Source: Felis catus
Taxonomy: Eukaryota
Assembly (NCBI RefSeq): GCF_018350175.1
Contig: NC_058383.1
Span: 5,086,001-5,150,000 of the forward strand
Length of the DNA: 64,000 nucleotides
Direction of reading: 5' to 3'
Shown here: piece by piece, positions 60,356-64,000 of the stretch
How the letters are laid out: each line of letters begins with the position of its first letter
Numbering within the stretch: the first letter of the stretch is position 1
Notes under the pieces: model-generated
Told to the model about the DNA's origin: nothing
Database searches by the model: none
What the model saw: the letters and a program-made list of their open reading frames with translations, nothing else
Position numbers and translations under genes: made by a program

Positions 60356-61371
60356 GGCTCTCTGAAATAGGGAAACTGGACCTCTCTTTATATCTCTTAC
60401 CTGTTTCTTGTACGTACTCCATCCGACAGTGTTGTAAGTTTTGTCCCAACCATACTTTAGAGAATTTGAGAAGGAAAGTTTATTGTACTTACCCACGTTT
60501 TTACTCTTTCTGTAGCTGTGCCTTCTTTTGCCGTCTCCTTTCTGTCTAGGGACCGGGAGCCATTCTTTGAGGGCAGGACTGCTGGTGACAGATTCTCTCA
60601 GCGTTGGTTCACCTTCGATCGTTTTAAGTTCTCCTTCATTCCTGAAGGAGGCCTTCAGCATGTATGGAATCGAGAGCTGACGGTTCCTTTCTTTCTTTAC
60701 TTGAAAACCTGTTGCGGGACTTCCACCGGCCGTGTGGGCTTTTGATGAGCAATCCGGCCCTTCACCTGCTCCTGTGGGGAGGTGTCCTTGTCTCCGGCCG
60801 ATTTCAGACTTCTTTCCTCTTTCAGAAGCATTTGTGTAATGTGACTTGGCGTAGATCTCTGGGCCATGCTATTTGGAGTTTGCTCACCTTCTTGAATTTG
60901 TAGGTTTGGGGCTTTTTTGTTTTTGGTGTGTTTCTTGGGCAAATTTGGGAGGTTTTCAGTCATTTTGAGAAAGACTTTTTCAGCCTCTTTGTCCTCCTTT
61001 GTTTCGGGGAAGTACTTTGTTCTCTTCTCGACTGTCGGAAGCCCCTTTCAAGTGTGCAGCATCTGGTCTTGGCTCGTAAGAGTTCGCCAAGAACTTTCTG
61101 GTCATGCACACCTCTCTGGGATTTTCTTTGTTGACTCAGGTGCCCCATATTGGAAGTGGGGTTCTGAAATCCTGTCATGACTCTTTGAAATCTCGAGAAG
61201 TAACAGATGTAATTCTCCTCGGAGGAAGAGAAGGTGTCCTATCCCACTTTATTCACACGCAAAATGACTCTAGTTCTGTGTGGGGTGGGTTTTTGTTACA
61301 AAATTTTTGTCTGTTTTCTATTTAACTAAAAGAAATTCACTGTTTTGTCCAAAGCTGATCAAAATCGAGAT

Positions 61372-61702
61372 GGGGTGCCCGGGTGGCTCAGTCGGTTAAG
61401 CGTCCAAGTTCGGCTCAGGTCTCAGGTCATGATCTCACGGTTTGTGAGTTTGAGTCCTGCGTTGGGCTCTGTGCTGACAGCTCAGAGCCTGGACCCTGCT
61501 TCGGATCCTGTGTCTCCCTTCTCTCTCTGCCCCTCCCCTTTCTCTCTCTCAAAAATAAATGAATAAACAGTTAAAAAAATTTTTTTAATCAAAATAAAGG
61601 GGCACCTGGCTGGCTCACTCGGAAGAGCATGCAACTCTTGATCTCAGGGTTGTGAGTTTGAGCCCCAGGTTGACAGTAGAGATTACTTAAAAAAAAAAAA
61701 AA
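61372..61702 (+). mobile_element. CAN-SINE (61372-61582) followed by a short SINEC_b-like copy (61599-61702)
   Basis: Two + strand heads, ggggtgcccgggtggctcag and ggggcacctggctggctcac. Confidence 0.9.
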
Positions 61703-61899
61703 TTAAATCAAGATAAAATACGGTTTTCTCTATAGTAATTGTATGAGTGGGCAGCTCTTGCCTGTAAGGGTGAGGAAGCACAGAGCTTCACAGAGCAAAG
61801 GTTAGCAGCAGCCTACAGTTTTTATTGTAAGTGGTAATCTGATATGACTGTGGGAAATCTTGTCAACCTTATGCACACTTGGGGTTACATAATAAGGAA

Positions 61900-62620
61900 A
61901 CAATACATCAGGTGTTGCCAGTTCCCATAAGCTCCCCTCCATATAAGGTTTCCCTATCTTCAACATCTTACGTCAGTGTGATACATTTGTTACAATTGAT
62001 GGACTAATATTGATACATTGTTATTACCTAAAGGCCATGGTTTACAATAGGGCTCTTTGTGCTGTATGGTTCTATGGGTTTTGCCAAATGCATAATGTGA
62101 CCTGTATCCACCAGTACATTATCGTACACAATAGATTCACTGCTCTGAAAATCCCCTGTGCTCACCTATTCATCCCTCCCCTTGTCTCCCTGGACCCCTA
62201 GCAACCACTCACCAATCTTTTTACTGCCTCCATAGTTTTGCCTTTTCCAGAACCTCGTATGGTTGGAATCATACAGCCTGTAGCCATTTCAGACTGGCTT
62301 CTTTCACTCAGTAATACGCATCCAGTTTCCTGTATGTCTTTTCATGGCTTGATGGTTCCTGTTAGTGCTGAATAATATTCTGTTGTCTGTTTTATTTACC
62401 ACAATTGATCTCTTCACCTGCTGAAGGACATCTTGTTTGCTTCCGGGTTTTGGCAATTATGAATAAAGCTGCTGCAAGCATTCATGTGCAGGTTTTCATG
62501 TGGGTGTAGGTTTTCAACCCATTTGGGTCAATACCTGAGAGTATGATTGTTGGATTGTATTATAAGCGTATGATTAGCTCTGTGCAGAACTGCCAAATGT
62601 CTTTGCACGATTTTTATTTA
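61900..62620 (-). mobile_element. L1MC-like 3' region
   Basis: tacatttgttacaattgatggactaatattgatacattgttattacctaaag...gccttttccagaa...ggcaattatgaataaagctgct. Confidence 0.7.
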
Positions 62621-62809
62621 TGTGTATTTGGGAAGCTCTTCCCCCTTCACTGCAACTTTTGGCTGTTAAAAAACATTGATTATACAGGGGTGTGATGCCA
62701 GAATGTTTATTTTGCTCTCTCATTTAATTATCCAGGATAGAAAGTCTCATTGGTCATTATTTTTTCATGATTGAGGTAAAAAAAAAAAAAAAATGTGTGT
62801 TTCTTTAAA

Positions 62810-64000
62810 TTTTTTATTTTATTTTTTAAATTTCCATCCAAGTTAGTTAGCATATAGTGCAACAATGATTTCAGGACTAGATTCCTTAGTGACCCTTACC
62901 CATTTAGCCCATCCCTCCTCCCACAACCCCTCCCAGTAACCCTCAGTTTGTCCTCCATATTTATGAGTCTCTTCTGTTTTGTCCCCCTCCCTGTTTTTAT
63001 ATTATTTTTGTTTCCCTTCCCTTATGTTCTTCTGTTTTGTCTCTTAAAGTCCTCATATAAGTGAAGTCATATGGTATTTGTCTTTCTCTGACTAATTTCA
63101 CGTAGCATAATACCCTCTGGTTCCATCCACATAGTTGCAGATGGCAAGATTTCATTCTTTTTGATTGCCCAGTAATACTCCATTGGGGACATTTGGGCTC
63201 TTTGCAGACTTTGGCTATTGTCGATAGTGCTGCTATAACCATTGGGGTGTATGTGCCCTTTTGAAACAGCGTACCTGTGTCCCTTGGATACATATCTAGT
63301 AGTGCAATTGCTGCATAGTAAGGTAGTTCTATTTTTAATTTTTTGAGGAACCTCCATACTCTTCTCCAGAGTGGCTGCACCAGCTTGCATTCCTACCAAC
63401 AGTGCAAAAGAGATCCCCTTTCCCCGCATCCTCGTCAACATCTGTTGTTGCCTGAGTTGTTAATGTTAGCCATTCTGACACATGTGAGGTGGTATCTCAT
63501 TGTGGTTTTGATTTGTATTTCCCTAATGAGTGATGTTGAGCATTTTTTCACGTGTCAGTTGGCCATCTGGATGTCTTCTTTGGAGAAGTGTCTATTCATG
63601 TCTTTTGCCCATTTCTTCATTGGATTCTTTGTTTTTTGGGTGTTGAGTTTGAGAAGTTCTTTATAGATTTTGGATACTAACCCTTTATCTGATATGTCGT
63701 TTGCAACTATCTTCTCTCATTCCATCAGTTGCCTTTTAGTTTTGCTGATTGTTTCCTTTGCTGTGCAGAAGCTTTTTATCTTGATGAGGTCCCAGTAGTT
63801 CATTTTTGCTTTTGTTTCCCTTGCCTCTGGACACGGTGTTGAGTAAGAAATTGCTGCAGTCAAGATCAGAGAGGTTTTTGCCTGCTTTCTCCTTGAGGAT
63901 TCTGATGGCTCCCTGTCTTACATTTAGGTCTTTCATCCATTTTGAGTTTATTTTTGTGTGTGGTGTAAGAAAGTGGCCCAGGTTCATTCTTCTGCATGTC
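62810..64000 (-). mobile_element. Carnivore/felid L1 3' portion (continues beyond window)
   Basis: ORF2 peptides ([21 protein letters not shown]...; [20 protein letters not shown]...); 3' UTR closely similar to the copy at 48447-49451. Confidence 0.95.

Larger units (their letters stand above)
52185..61000 (-). mobile_element. Long fragmented ancient L1 (L1MC/MD-like), ORF1 through 3' UTR, heavily interrupted
   Basis: Colinear minus-strand remnants: ORF1 (60697-60963 MTENLPNL...NLQIQEGEQTPN; up to 60661 SFRNEGELKT...PALKEWL), an endonuclease-like segment (~58440-58620), ORF2 (54551-54760 GVNLIKHVQDSYAESHKTLMNEIKNLSKWRDILCS) and 3' UTR at ~52190. Confidence 0.75.
7809..64000 (+). other. CYTH3: CYTH3 intron 1 (extends beyond the window)
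   Basis: Starts with GTGAGT. I saw no sequence encoding the expected exon 2 (VPEDLSLEEREELLDIRRRKKELIDDIE) downstream, consistent with the very long first intron I recall for this gene in human. Confidence 0.75.

Overview
Eukaryotic genomic DNA, most likely from a felid (cat-like): it is dense in feline-type CAN-SINEs (SINEC_Fc) and carnivore L1 3' ends. The only gene I can support is the 5' end of CYTH3 (cytohesin-3/GRP1, an ARF guanine-nucleotide exchange factor) on the + strand. It has a CpG-island promoter (~7250-8460) with a GC box next to a perfect GTCACGTGAC (CLEAR/USF-type) palindrome, and a 37-nt coding first exon (7772-7808, MDEDGGGGEGGG+G) ending at a GTGAGT donor. More than 56 kb of intron 1 follows, and I did not find exon 2 in the window. 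The rest is transposon-derived: about 45 CAN-SINE copies or fragments, young and ancient L1s, L2/MIR, LTR33-, MER21- and MaLR-like LTRs, MER58- and MER47-like DNA transposons, microsatellites and a C-rich 26-bp minisatellite. The most notable unexplained detail is a perfect 15-bp tandem duplication at the exon 1 boundary, which creates two same-phase 5' splice sites. I found no evidence of a novel multi-gene system, and nearly all ORFs in the supplied track are repeat or GC-content artefacts. Gene and repeat family names come from recalled sequences, not database searches, and boundaries of old repeats are approximate.
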